Positions 39,843-52,338 of a DNA stretch of 64,000 bases are shown here, in pieces. The notes beneath the pieces were generated by a model. The model searched no databases, had not been told where the DNA came from, and was given only the letters and a program-made list of their open reading frames with translations. Each line of letters opens with the position of its first letter. Within the stretch, counting starts at the first letter, position 1. Origin of the DNA: Macrostomum lignano (Eukaryota); assembly GCA_002269645.1 (NCBI GenBank), contig NIVC01000197.1:310001-374000 (forward strand), read 5' to 3'. A program made the translations under genes and the position numbers.

Positions 39843-42800
39843 CTATAAGTAGCCAACAAAGCGCTGGCCGAGTGGTGCTGCTGCCGCTGCTGTGTGCGGC
39901 GGCTGCGGCGGCTGCGGCGGATGCGGCGGCGCCGGCTGCGGTGGTGGCGGTGGCGGAGGCGGCATTCGGCAGTGCGGTGGCGGCCCGGCCAGCAGCAGGT
40001 CGCGCACCAGCCGGCCGGCCTCCAGCGGCGTGGGCGCCGGCGGCGGCGGGGCCAACGCCAGCGACTGCAGCCGGAGCAGCAGACGGCCGAAGCGGTCGCA
40101 GCAGCCGCCGGCGGCATCGGGCGCCGAGACAGGCAGCCGCAGGCGGCAGTACTCGGCCAGGGCCCATTGGACGCGCGACTGTCCGGCCTCGACTCGGCCG
40201 GGCTCGCGCAGGCCCGGACAGTCCGGGTTCAGCAGCGCCAGCGCCTTCAAGCAGGCCAGCTCGGCAACGTCTGCGTGCAGCTGGCCGAGCCGGAGGGCGG
40301 CCGCGGCGGCGGGGCAGCCGATGGTCGGGCGGCGGGGGTCCGGCGGCTCCTCTGCGGCCGACTGCAATGCGAACGGTTTTGGCGGCGGAGATAATGCCCT
40401 GAGCATATTAGGTAGTTAAATGACCTTCAGCTGTGCACATTGTAACAACTCGTGACAACAGCAACAGCAGCAACAACAAAACACGCTGTCGGGGTGTTTA
40501 GAAGGCAGCGTCACATGGCGCGCTACGGATACCCTTCGACTCACAACCTGCCCTGACCCACAAGCCATGATTGACCCACCTGCTGCAGCTGGGTGAGCAC
40601 AAGCAGCTGGCCCCAGCTGGCCTGCAGCAAGCTGAGCTGGTCAGCCTGGCCCAGCTCGGCAAAGAACGGCGCCCGCCTCGCCCATTCAACAGCGGCGGCC
40701 AGCAGTTCGCGGGCCCAGTCTCCGGTGCAGCAGGCGACGCCGAGCTGCGGGCACGTCGTCAATGGCGACGGCGGCAGCGGCCTCGGACGGTGATCCGAAC
40801 GGACGAGGCCGGACAGAAGGCCGGACAGGCAGGCGCTGAGCTGCTGCTGGCGCTGAGGCGACGGGCCGCCTTGGTACCAGGGACTGCCCGACGAGTAGGG
40901 CGACACCTGCTATGATTGGTCAGCGAGGGCTGGGAGGGCTTAAAGTGCACGCCTTCGGCGACATCGACTCACAACTCCTAGCAAGCGCACTCATGCGCGC
41001 TCACACAGGGTGTACAGCGAGCGGTCCTTTGACTTTCTAATCGTCAGGGATGCACACTCTCTGTGTTCCTTGTGGTTGGCCGTCATGGCTGAGTCACACG
41101 ACAAACCCCAAACGAATTTTGCTGCGCACGGAATCGAACGAGGGGAGACACGGCGCGAGATTCAGCCGCGTTTTACCGCCGAGCTGCTCTGCTTTAGCTG
41201 GGCAGCTCAGATTTTCAGTGGGATGATTCGTCAGGTGGAATCTTGGATGGGAGATCTCGGATGGAATCTTGGATGGGAGATCTCGGATGGAATCTTGGAT
41301 AGGATCTTGGGTGAAATCTTGGATGGGATACTTGGGTGGGATCTTGGATGGAATCTTGAATGGGATACTTGGGTGGGATCTTGGGTGGGATCTTAGATGG
41401 GATCTGAATGGGATCCGGAATGATATCTTGGATAGAATCTTGGATAGGATCTTGAGTGGAATCTTGGGTGGGATCTTGGATGGGATCTTGAATGGGATCC
41501 TTGGGTGGGATCTTGGATGGGATCTTGAATGGGATCCTTGGGTGGGATCTTGGATGGGATCTTGAATGGGATCCTTGGGTGGGATCCTTAATTGGGTGGG
41601 ATCTTTGGGTGGGGTTTTGAATGGATCCAGTAATTCCCATAAATCTTATTGAATTCATTTAATCTCATTTATCACACGGATTTTATACATGGTATAAATC
41701 CCATAAATCCCATAAACCCCATAAATCCCATAAATCCCATAAATCCCATAAATCCCATAAATCTCACAAATCCCATAAATCCCATAAATCCCATAAACCT
41801 ATGAGTTCCGCAATTGCGTACTCACCGACGCAGGCGGCAGCTGGAAGCCGGTCAGGCCCCGAACCGGCGACGACATGCCGTCCCGGCCGGCGCCCCCGCG
41901 GCCGCGCTGCACTGCCTCGCGCCGCATGCCGAGCGCCAGGCACTTGTCGAAACGGCACCGCTGGCATTGGTTCCTGTGCTGCGTGTCCACCGGGCACGGC
42001 GTCCCGCCTCCGCCGCCGCCGCCGCCGCCGCGGCAGCTGTAGACGAGGTTGCGGCGGACGGATCGCTTGAAAAACGATTTGCAGCCTTCGCATGAGAATT
42101 GGCCATAGTGCTTGCCTGCGGTTCGTGCGGTGGCGTGGTGGCGAGATCAGAGTCAGTGTGGTTCGCAGTTATACGGAAATCAAAAAGACCTGTCTTTGGG
42201 TTGAGTTCTGAGTAGGGTCTGAGACTGGCAGATTTGAGTAGGGTCTGAGACTGGGAGATTTGAGTAGGGTCTGAGACTGGCAGATTTGAGTAGGGTCTGA
42301 GACTGGGAGATTTGAGTAGGGTCTGAGACTGGCAGATTTGAGTAGGGTCTGAGACAGGCAGATTTGAGTAGGGTCTGAGACTGGGAGATTTGAGTAGGGT
42401 CTGAGACTGGGAGATTTGAGTAGGGTTTGAGACAGGCAGATTTGAGTAGGGTCTTAGACTAGGGGATTTGAGTAGAGTCTTAGACTGGGAGATTTAAGGA
42501 GCCGATTTGAGAGCCGCAAATCCCAGATCCCTAAAAAAATACAGAAAAAATCCCAAGGCCTCACCGGATGCGCGGTCGCCGCAGACAACGCAGTCCACAG
42601 CCAGCTGGCTTTTATCGCCATTCAATTCGTCGAATGTTGAGTTGCCCTTGGCAACCGGCACCGACTCCGATGGCTGAAGCTGTTCGGGCGAGTCGAATGC
42701 CAGGGGCTTTCTGTCCTCATCGTCTGCCGGATGCTGCAGGTGGCTCCGGGGCTGGTGCTGGACAATGCACTGCTGCTGATGAGGCTGATGAGACTGATGA

Positions 42801-42877
42801 GGCTGATGAGGCTGATGAGGCTGGTGAGGCTGGCCTCCTGGCCAAGCCGTATCGTGCGCCACTCCGTGGCTCAACAT
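39843..42877 (-). CDS. NR2F: COUP-TF/seven-up (NR2F) nuclear receptor, ~482 aa; exons 42877-42565, 42115-41826, 40906-40580, 40361-39843 (start codon and last acceptor less certain)
   Basis: [13 protein letters not shown]|[27 protein letters not shown]...[27 protein letters not shown] has the NR2F P-box CEGCKS and T-box. [57 protein letters not shown]; AF-2-like LVRDLLLAG. Junction phases 1,0,0 are consistent. Confidence 0.9.
41215..41800. repeat. Degenerate GGGATCTTGGRT repeat (41215-41640) and 9-bp CCCATAAAT repeat (41690-41800) in COUP-TF intron 2
   Basis: Directly visible. Confidence 0.9.
42208..42495. repeat. 26-bp minisatellite (GAGTAGGGTCTGAGACTGGSAGATTT) in COUP-TF intron 1
   Basis: About 11 copies; period 26 measured between 42210 and 42236. 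Confidence 0.94.
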
Positions 42878-44339
42878 TTCCTTGGGAGGTGAAAAAATCG
42901 ACAGTTTAAAGGAAGTTTAAAGGGCTCGTTTTAAAGGCTTTGGCTTTGGTATTTGAGCAGAGTGGCTGGTTGAGATAGAGTGGGGGCGGAGGGTGGGGTG
43001 GGGGCCTACCCCAACTGGGGATTTGTGGGGGAGGCGCGGGCGGTGGGCCACAGCGCCCAATGGCTGAACAATAGCGAGCTGTCAGTCTGGCTTCTGGATA
43101 GGAAAGCTGACCCGAAAACTGCTCTAATGTGGCTTCGTGTAATGGCGTAAAAAACTTGTGAATCCAGTAATTTTGTTAGATTTTTGTAAAACATCATTTT
43201 CAGCTTCAAATTTAAAAAAACCGGGTTGCCTCAATAAGCCTATAAAGGGAAACAGTATCATGCAAGCTTGTTAATACCCAATCATTCGTTAGTTACTTCT
43301 CTTGTGTATAAGTATAGTACTTATAATCCCGTAGAGTAGCTACCACACTGTCTACCATAATGGATTATGTCGTCCATGGCTCCGTTAACTTAAGAAATAC
43401 TGGTCAGCAAGCAAGGAAGAGGAAAGTGAGGGTAGAGACAGAGGGGGGCCTAGAGTGGGAGGAGAGAGGAGAGAGAGGAGAGGAGAGAGGGGAGAGGGGA
43501 GAGAAGAGAAAGGAGAGAGTCTCATTAGAATAACTCATGACACCGACTGAACGAGCCATACGAGAGCTATATGAACTTAAGGTATGAGTAAAACTCTCTG
43601 AACCAGCGCCTTCGGCGAGGCCCAAGCAGAGGTGGGAGACGCGTCCCCCCAGGTGGAAGACGGGCTGCAGATAAAATCAGGGAATCAATAAGCGCAATAT
43701 ACGCTTTACAAAAAATGAGAATAATTTTACTATATAAGCACCGAAAACTCCATTGTTAGTCTAGGAGAAGAATTGTTGCAATAAGAAACGGCTGTTCTAA
43801 TGAATACATGAGAGCAGTAGGCCTTTTTCAAAACAGCTTCTTCTTTTGTGCCGTGCCGCCCTCAGCTCACTTGTTAATTCCCTCAATCCATTCATTCAAT
43901 CCATAATGCGATGAAGTGGCTGCCGGGTAGATAAGAGAGACGCGAACTGACTCAACGGAGCAACATTTTTGGGGGAGGAGGGCCGCAACCCCCCCACTTG
44001 TTCAACTTCAATGTCAACGAGCCGTAAGCGCCTCAAGCCTCTCCAACCCCAGTCCCCCTGCAGTCTGACAAAAGATTTTGACAGATCCCGGATCCAATTT
44101 TCGGTGTTGAAGCAACCTGTTCCTGGCCATAAATTCCCTGCTGTGTTTGACTAAGCAAGTTTGACAGTTCGGGCGCAGAGCCATGGCGGCGCAAGTCCTG
44201 ACCTCAACAGCCTTTGACCCCTCGACCCGCGGGGGACCTTCGCCTCTTGCTCACTAGCTGGGAAGTTGGATTGACAGGTTGCGAATCGGGTGGGAGCTTT
44301 TGCGCCGAGAATTGAGTCTCCGGTATGTTGTGGAATCTG

Positions 44340-44900
44340 GTGTGGAATTGTTTTTTAGACCGATAATTCTATGGTGCATTCAGTGTTGAGTCAACTTGAC
44401 TTAGCTGCTCAATGGGCTCGCGCTGGCAATCAGGTGGAGCTCAAATGGATTCCGGGCCACGCTGGTTTCCTCGTCAACGAGTGTGCTGACCTGCTGGCCA
44501 AGGTCAGCCCCCATCCTAGCCTCGCTGGGCTGACTCCGAGAATCTCCGCAGGTGGCACGACACTCGGAGCTGCAGACAATCCCGTGCTGCCGTCCCCTGT
44601 CCCTCCCCTCCTGCGTAGAGCCCTCCTCAGGTTCAACCGCAGAGACCTCAGAGCATGGCCCTCTCCGGGCATGGCTGCTTCTCTCGCCACAGCTTCTTTC
44701 AGGGCCAGGTACCCGAGGAGCGGTGCCCCTTCTGCCGCCCAGGCTGTGAAAACGCTGAGCACTTTACCTGCCCACTGCCCCGGTTTTCACCAGGGAAAAC
44801 CTGCTTCTCTCGCACGATTGGAGGCCAGAGAGCATCCCGCTGCTCGCCCGGTAAACTCAGGGGCCCAGGACGAGCTGAGACTGCGCTGCAGATGAGATAG
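44340..44900 (+). mobile_element. Degenerate 3' fragment of an RNase H-encoding LINE (LOA/I group), related to 50341-51873
   Basis: VELKWIPGHAGFLVNECADLLAKV (RNase H C-terminal part); after a frameshift [10 protein letters not shown]...CPFC...ENAEHF..CP, matching the CCHC region of the intact copy. Confidence 0.85.
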
Positions 44901-45029
44901 ACGGGTCCTCCTGAGCGACATCGTTCTTATGGAAGCTGCATTCAATCACCTACGAGTGATTTCAGGCATAGCGAGCACTGCTCATAAACTGGAAGCGTCA
45001 GTTTATTAAAGCATTGACTGCCTGTTTAC

Positions 45030-45260
45030 ATCTGAAGTTTTTCATCTGGAGAGTGCCATTTTTCATCTGTAGAGTGCCATTTTACATCTGGAGGGTGCCA
45101 CTTTACATCTGTAGAGTGACATTTTACACTGTGAATGCCATTTTTCATCTGGAGAGTGCCATTTTACACTGTAAATGCCATTTTTCATCTGGAGAGTGCT
45201 ATTTTACACCTGAAGAGTGTCATTTTCGTACATCTGGAGAGTGCCACTTTACACCTGGAT
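45030..45260. repeat. Short degenerate repeat (GAGAGTGCCATTTTYCAYCTG-based)
   Basis: About 8 imperfect copies visible. Confidence 0.8.
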
Positions 45261-45851
45261 GAATACATCTTGAGCAGCATCTTCAATGTTACACTAAGCT
45301 CATATAATTTTACCTTCCCACAATGCATGTAATAAGTTTACCCCGAAGCATCGAGCTCAAACCCCCGCAGAGGCAGTAAAAATGTAAAATTAAACGAATG
45401 ATTTTCAAAGCTTTTTTCGACAACAATCGGAAGCGGACGGGAACGAGACAGAAGTTGGAGTCTGGCGCTGTGTTTGCTCACCCCCCCGCCCCAGTTTGGG
45501 GGTTCCTGCACTCCCCTATCTCCAAGGGGAACTCGCCCGCTCCTTTATTTGCATTCAAGTCTCTACCTGTCCGCGCATCTCCCGAAACCCCCTTATTTAT
45601 TTTTCCCAATTCTCCGAGTTCCCCCTGCGGCTCGCTCATAAAACTCGAAATGGATAAAAAACATCGAGCCCGCCGCCCTTCTTGTTGCTTCGATTCAGGG
45701 ACTCCTTCCTGTAAACCTCTGGACTGGAAAGCCGACAGTACGTTTTAAGCGCAATCTCAACATAGGAGTTGCTGGCCGATTGGTTGGAAAAAACTGAATT
45801 TATGTATTGAATACCCACATTTTAAAATACTTTTTCAGGGGGTACACCTGA

Positions 45852-46900
45852 TTTACATCGCTTCCAGTCCAGGAGTGCCAGAAGTCCCTGCCCTGCTTGG
45901 CCTCCTGGGACATCGCTGATTATAGCTTCCAGTCCAGGAGTGCCAGAGGTCCCTGCTTGGCCTCCTGGGCCATCGCTGATTATAGCTTCTAGTCCAGGAG
46001 TGTCAGAAGTCCCTGCCCTGCTTGGCCTCCTGGGCCATCGCTGATGATAGCTTCCAGTCCAGGAGTGCCAGAGGTCCCTGCTTGGCCTCCTGGACCATCG
46101 CTGATGATAGCTTCCAGTCCAGGAATGTCAGAGGTCCCTGTTTGGCCTCCTGGGCCATCGCTGATTATAGCTTCCAGTCCGGGAGTGCCAGAAGTCCCTG
46201 CCCTGCTTGGCCTCCTGGGACATCGCTGATTATAGCTTCCAGTCCAGGAGTGCCAGAAGTCCCTGCCCTGCTTGGCCTCCTGGGACATCGCTGATTATAG
46301 CTTCCAGTCCAGGAGTGCCAGAAGTCCCTGCCCTGCTTGGCCTCCTGGGCCATCGCTGATTATAGCTTCCAGTCCAGGAGTGCCAGAAGTCCCTGCCCTG
46401 CTTGGCTCCTGGGCCATCGCTGATTATAGCTTCCAGTCCAGGAATGTCAGAGGTCCCTGTTTGGCCTCCTGGGACATCGCTGATTATAGCTTCCAGTCCA
46501 GGAGTGCCAGAAGTCCCTGCCCTGCTTGGCCTCCTGGGACATCGCTGATTATAGCTTCCAGTCCAGGAGTGCCAGAAGTCCCTGCCCTGCTTGGCCTCCT
46601 GGGCCATCGCTGATTATAGCTTCCAGTCCAGGAGTGCCAGAAGTCCCTGCCCTGCTTGGCTCCTGGGCCATCGCTGATTATAGCTTCCAGTCCAGGAATG
46701 TCAGAGGTCCCTGTTTGGCCTCCTGGGCCATCGCTGATTATAGCTTCCAGTCCAGGAGTGCCAGAAGTCCCTGCCCTGCTTGGCTCCTGGGCCATCGCTG
46801 ATTATAGCTTCCAGTCCAGGAATTTCAGAGGTCCCTGTTTGGCCTCCTGGGCCATCGCTGATTATAGCTTCCAGTCCAGGAGTGCCAGAGGTCCCTGTCT
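45852..46900. repeat. 60-65 bp minisatellite (CATCGCTGATTATAGCTTCCAGTCCAGGAGTGCCAGAAGTCCCTGCCCTGCTTGGCCTCCTGGG) with alternating variants
   Basis: About 16-17 copies; long and short variants recur. Confidence 0.95.
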
Positions 46901-47384
46901 TGCCTGAGACACAAGTGCCCCCTAAGGCAATTATTATTATCATGAAATTAAACAATTGCCAACTCTGCAAAACGAGCCAAAGAAGTTTTGTCGTTCGCTT
47001 AGTCCACAAAAAAGCAAGCTTTGAAAAAATAGACTGACAAATAAGCCGACAGATAAGCTAGAATGAATCTAAATCAGTTAGCAATATCAATGTGTTTTGT
47101 TTTAGTTGGCAGTGAATTTGTGGGGACGGAGTTAGGCAGAGCAAATACGCCAGTGAGCTTAGAGTAGAAAACAATTCTTTTAATAAAAGATTTTGCCGCC
47201 GTTCGGACAAATAATCTGAGAATTTTTAATTACACACCGAAGTTAAATACTCTTGGCAGGAAACACTGATTCGATAGATGATGAGAATATGCTATTGTAA
47301 GGAGAAAATGCGCACGAGGTGGGAAAAGCTAGAGGATTTTTGTGCAAAGTCATCTCCTGGATCTCCCGGATTTAGGAGCTAGGA

Positions 47385-47910
47385 AGACCACTAATACCCT
47401 TCGGATCTTCAGGATTTCCTTAATACCCCATCTGATTTTCAGAGATAACCCTAATACTCCATCTGATTTTCAGCGATTCCCCTAATACACCATCTGATTT
47501 TCAGCGATTCCCCTAATACCCCATCTGATTTTCAGCAATTCCCCTAATACCCCATCTGATTTTCAGCGATTCCCCTAATACCCCATCTGATTTTCAGCGA
47601 TTCCCCTAATACTCCATCTGATTTTCAGCGACTCCCCTAATACCCCTTGGATCTTCAAGGATTCCTCTAATACCCCATAGGATCTTTAGGGATTCCCCGA
47701 ATACCTTATCGGATCTTCCCAGATTCCCCTAATACCCCATCGGATCTTCAGGGATTCCCCTAATACCTTATCGGATCTTCAAGTATTCCCTTAATACCCC
47801 ATCGGATCTTCCCAGATTCCCCTAATACCCCATCGGATCTTTAGGGATTCCCCTAATACCCCATCGGATCTTTAGGGATTCCCCTAATACCTCATTGGAT
47901 CCTCAGGAAT
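47385..47910. repeat. ~30-31 bp minisatellite (CCCCTAATACCCCATCTGATTTTCAGCGATT) downstream of the Ly6 gene
   Basis: About 17 copies; period 31 measured between 47461 and 47492. Confidence 0.93.
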
Positions 47911-47965
47911 TCCGCTGCTACCTCTTAGTCAGTTGAGAACCCTGAGACCATCAGTCATTGAGTTA

Positions 47966-49453
47966 TCAAAACAGTTTCTCAAGCAGCAACAGCAACAGCA
48001 GCTGAGCCGCCAGAGCAGCAGCAGGAAGAGCAGTTGTCATTGCGGCCGAGTTGCACAGGTCATTGGGGCAGATGCAGATGAACCCGTTGCCTCTTCGCTC
48101 CTGCCTGCAGGCCGAGTGCAGATAGATTGACATGTTCACTCGGAGGCTGCAGGTGCGAACAAGCTGCAGTTGGCTGTTCTTGTAGTAGGCCCACTTCAGA
48201 CAGCCGCCGCGAACGCAGGACACCTGGCGCAGGGGGGCGGGGGGGGGGTGATCAAATCAACTAGCGCGGGGTCTCTTTGGGGACGACGAGTTCCACTTGA
48301 CAAATCGATCACGTGCTTTGGGAATATTTGCACCGATTTAGACACTTTGATTATTAATTTTGCGACTTTGTAACCATCCAATGACCCACCCGTTTAGTCA
48401 CCCAATGACCCACACATTTAGTCACCTGATGACCCACACCTTTAGTCACCCAATGACCCACACATTTAGTCACCCAATGACCCACATATTTAGTCACCTG
48501 ATGACCCACACCTTTAGTCACCCAATGACCCACATATTTAGTCACCTGATGACCCACACCTTTAGTCACCCAATGACCCACACATTTAGTCACCTGATGA
48601 CCCACACCTTTAGTCACCCAATGACCCACCCGTTTAGTCACCCAATGACCCACCCGTTTAGTCACCTGATGACCCACACATTTAGTCACCTGATGACCCA
48701 CACATTTAGTCACCCAATGACCCACACATTTAGTCACCCAATGACCCACCCGTTTAGTCACCCAATGACCCACACATTTAGTCACCCAATGACCCACACA
48801 TTTAGTCACCCAATGACCCACATATTTAGTCACCCAATGACCCACCCGTTTAGTCACCCAATGACCCACACATTTAGTCACCCAATGACCCACACCTTTA
48901 GTCAACCAATGACCCACATATTTAGTCACCCAATGACCCACCCGTTTAGTCATCCAATGACCCACACATTTAGTCACCCAATGACCCACACCTTTAGTCA
49001 ACCAATGACCCACATATTTAGTCAACCAATGACCCACACATTTAGTCACCCAATGACCCACATATTTAGTCAACCAATGACCCACACATTTAGTCACCCA
49101 ATGACCCACATATTTAGTCAACCAATGACCCACATATTTAGTCAACCAATGACCCACATATTTAGTCAACCAATGTCGAACCACACATTTAATCACCCAA
49201 GCAATTGTCAAGAGATTACAATCAAGTGGAATTTCGATTACCCATAGTCTATGGCCGAGCCCTCGCTCACCTGGTTGAGCACTTTGTCGATGTCCACTCC
49301 GGGCGTGCTACAGGTGCTGTTCCCAAGCTGACCCTCGCACTCGTAGCAGGTGATGTGATCGGAGAAGTCAGCCTCGTCCCCTGTTCCTAAGGGGATCAAA
49401 CTGCCCAGCAATAGTAATAGAACTGGCAGTTGAACGCCCCAGGCTGCGTGCAT
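47966..49453 (-). CDS. Ly6/uPAR (three-finger, quiver/sleepless-like) GPI-anchored protein, 146 aa; exons 49453-49271 and 48223-47966
   Basis: Signal peptide (VQLPVLLLLLGSLIPLGTG), ITCYEC start, 10 Cys ending in CICPNDLCN, then a hydrophobic GPI-signal-like tail (AAALAAQLLLLLLL). Phase-0 GT-AG intron. Confidence 0.88.
48370..49200. repeat. 24-bp minisatellite (CCAATGACCCACACATTTAGTCAC) filling the Ly6 intron
   Basis: About 34 visible copies. Confidence 0.96.
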
Positions 49454-49904
49454 GCTCTGTTTCCAGTTAGCAACTAAGCTAAAGCTGCACTGCTGTTCAA
49501 CCAGCCTCGCTATGCTTAACTCAGCTTCTATTCGTGCCCTCTTTATACGAGTGTGAGCAGCCGAAGGGCGCACGCGCCACCTAAAGTTGCTTCTTAACGG
49601 CGCAACGCTGCGCACCGCATGTACATTGCACTGCACAGAGACAGAGAGAATGGAGGCATAGAATAACGAACAACAATGAGAACTCTGGAGAGCAAGTTTA
49701 AGTGAGAAAGGAAAGAGAAAAAGACTGTAGAAACGGAGAGAATGGCCGCAGCACCCGAGACAGACAGTATCGGAGCATCATCGCGTACCAACCTACACTG
49801 ATTCGCGCGTTCGGGTGCCGGCCAGTCAGTTTGATGCTTGCCGACTTTAATAGATCCCCTTGGAGCTTACTCTCATAAGGGCTACATGTGTGTGTGAGCT
49901 GTCT

Positions 49905-49931
49905 GGCAGACAGACAGCCAGACAGACAGCC

Positions 49932-49964
<33 letters not shown>

Positions 49965-50045
49965 GTCAGACAGACAGACAGACAGACAGACACAGACAGA
50001 CAGACAGTCAGACAGACAGACAGACAGACAGACAGCCAGACAGTC

Positions 50046-50100
<55 letters not shown>

Positions 50101-50107
50101 GACACAC

Positions 50108-50148
<41 letters not shown>

Positions 50149-50159
50149 GCCAGACAGAA

Positions 50160-50194
<35 letters not shown>

Positions 50195-50201
50195 GACACA
50201 C

Positions 50202-50246
<45 letters not shown>

Positions 50247-50267
50247 CACACACAGACAGACACACAC

Positions 50268-50298
<31 letters not shown>

Positions 50299-50340
50299 CA
50301 CACAGACAGACACACACACAGACACACAGACAGACACACA
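49905..50340. repeat. (CAGA)n/(CA)n compound microsatellite at the 3' flank of the RNase H LINE
   Basis: Directly visible. Confidence 0.97.
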
Positions 50341-51871
50341 GACTTGACTTACTTTGACTGACTTAGCTGCAGGGCTGTCCCGGAGGGGACACAGCGGGAA
50401 GGCGCGGGCGCCCATTCCGCTAGTCCCTGAACGGCCGACGCGTCGCTATGGACGGAGGGTTGGCGCCGCCCAGGGAGGTCCCCCAGTGTCGCCAGCAGCT
50501 ATGGTGCTCTCTGGAAAGGAGAGTTCAGCCCTGCGGGTGGCCCGAAGGTAGCGCATGAGCTGATTAAAGTTTTCGGGTTTGCACGCTTCAGTAATAGATG
50601 TGTGTGGCCCGAGGTAAGTGAGTCTGGCCCGCGTGAAGGCGGGACAGATGCTGACGAAATGCTCAGCGGTTTCGTCACCTGAGTTGCAGAAACTACAGGT
50701 GGCGTTGGTGGCGTTGCCCTGCAGGTACTGGTGCCTGGAGAAGCAGCCGTGACCAGAGAGGGTCATGGTGGCAGCCCGGATGTCTCTGCGCGAGAGGCGC
50801 AAGAGGAGCTTCCGGAGCTGGTGAGAGGGCTGAGGGACAGCGCCTCTGGATTGCCTGCAGTTCGTGCGGTTCGCCCAAGTCGAGCGGTGCTGAGTCCTGA
50901 TCCACGCTTTGATGCGTGAGTCGATGACACAGCCAGGAATCGGGACAAGAGGTTCGGGGCCGAGAGAGGAGCCGGAGGCACCAACTTTTGCAAGGGTGTC
51001 AGCCAACTCATTTCCTCGGATCCCCACATGCCCCGGAACCCACTTAAGGGTAATTTTGTTGGCGGAACCCAACACATTGAGGAGTTTGATACAGTCAAGG
51101 ACTGTAGCAGAGTTGGTGCTGCAGCCACTGATGGCGTGCAAGGCAGCTTGGCTGTCCGAATGGAAAATGATGTTCTTACCAGTAACGCCAGTGGCGAGAA
51201 GCTCTGCAGTGCAGGAGCTGATGGCCAGAACTTCATTTTGGAAAACACTGGAGTTGACCCCAGTGTATTGAGCGTGGGTAGCGATGACCCTCCCGTTCAG
51301 AAAGATTCCAACACCAAAGCCGGTGTTGGCTGACTGCTTAGAACCGTCGGTGTAGCAATGAAGCTCACCAGGGTTCCAATGGTCATTGATGTTATCGCGC
51401 GAGTCGATAGCTACGGAGTAGCGCTGTCTCAGGTTGAGCGTTGAGGCAATGCCATCGGTGAAGACGCGATTGGCCTGACACTCGTTGAGAAAGTTGAGGC
51501 ACAGATCGCTATGCGGGACAAGGTTCCGCTTAGCAGGTGCTCTCATGTAAATGAATTTGACGCCGGCATCAATTAGACGCCGCGTCGTTCTAGCCGCCTC
51601 ACCCCTGATGAAGAGGTCAAGAGGCGGAAGATTAAGGAAGGCCCCCATGCCAGCAAAGGGCGTGGACCTGGTGGCGTTGCAGATGAGCCTACACGCTCTG
51701 CCTTGGATCGTGTTGAGCAGGTCTGCATGGCTTTTGACCTGGGTAGCGCTAACCCAGACAACAGAGGCGTACGTAATGGCAGGTCTAACTACGGAAGTAT
51801 AGATCCACCAAAGCCGCTTTGGGGATAGACCCCAAGAAGTGCCAAGTGCTATAGAAGTGCCATAGACCCCA

Positions 51872-51873
<2 letters not shown>
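50341..51873 (-). mobile_element. 5'-truncated non-LTR retrotransposon (LOA/Lian-like, I group) with RT C-terminus, RNase H and CCHC finger; open frame 51870-50446
   Basis: [25 protein letters not shown]; RNase H catalytic residues in YTDGS, FQNEV, HSDSQ and NELAD; LSGHGCF..H and [16 protein letters not shown]. 475 codons with no internal stop; about 105-nt 3' UTR ending in an AAGTC-like tail. Confidence 0.92.
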
Positions 51874-51904
<31 letters not shown>

Positions 51905-51929
51905 CACACACAGACAGACACACACACAC

Positions 51930-51960
<31 letters not shown>

Positions 51961-52039
51961 CACACAGACAGACACACACACAGACACACAGACAGACACA
52001 CAGACAGACAGACAGACAGACAGACACACACACAGACAC

Positions 52040-52082
<43 letters not shown>

Positions 52083-52287
52083 CACAGACAGACAGACACA
52101 CACACACACAGACAGACAGACAGACAGACAGACACACACACAGACACACAGACAGACAGACAGACAGACAGACAGATAGACAGACACACAGACAGACACA
52201 CAGACACACAGACAGACACACAGACAGACACACAGACAGACAGACAGACAGACACACAGACAGACAGACACACAGACAGACAGACAC

Positions 52288-52338
<51 letters not shown>

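Noticed and set aside
48354-49247. 285-295 aa ORFs on both strands (VGHWVTK / FSHPMTH)
   Set aside because: Translations of the 24-bp Ly6 intron repeat.
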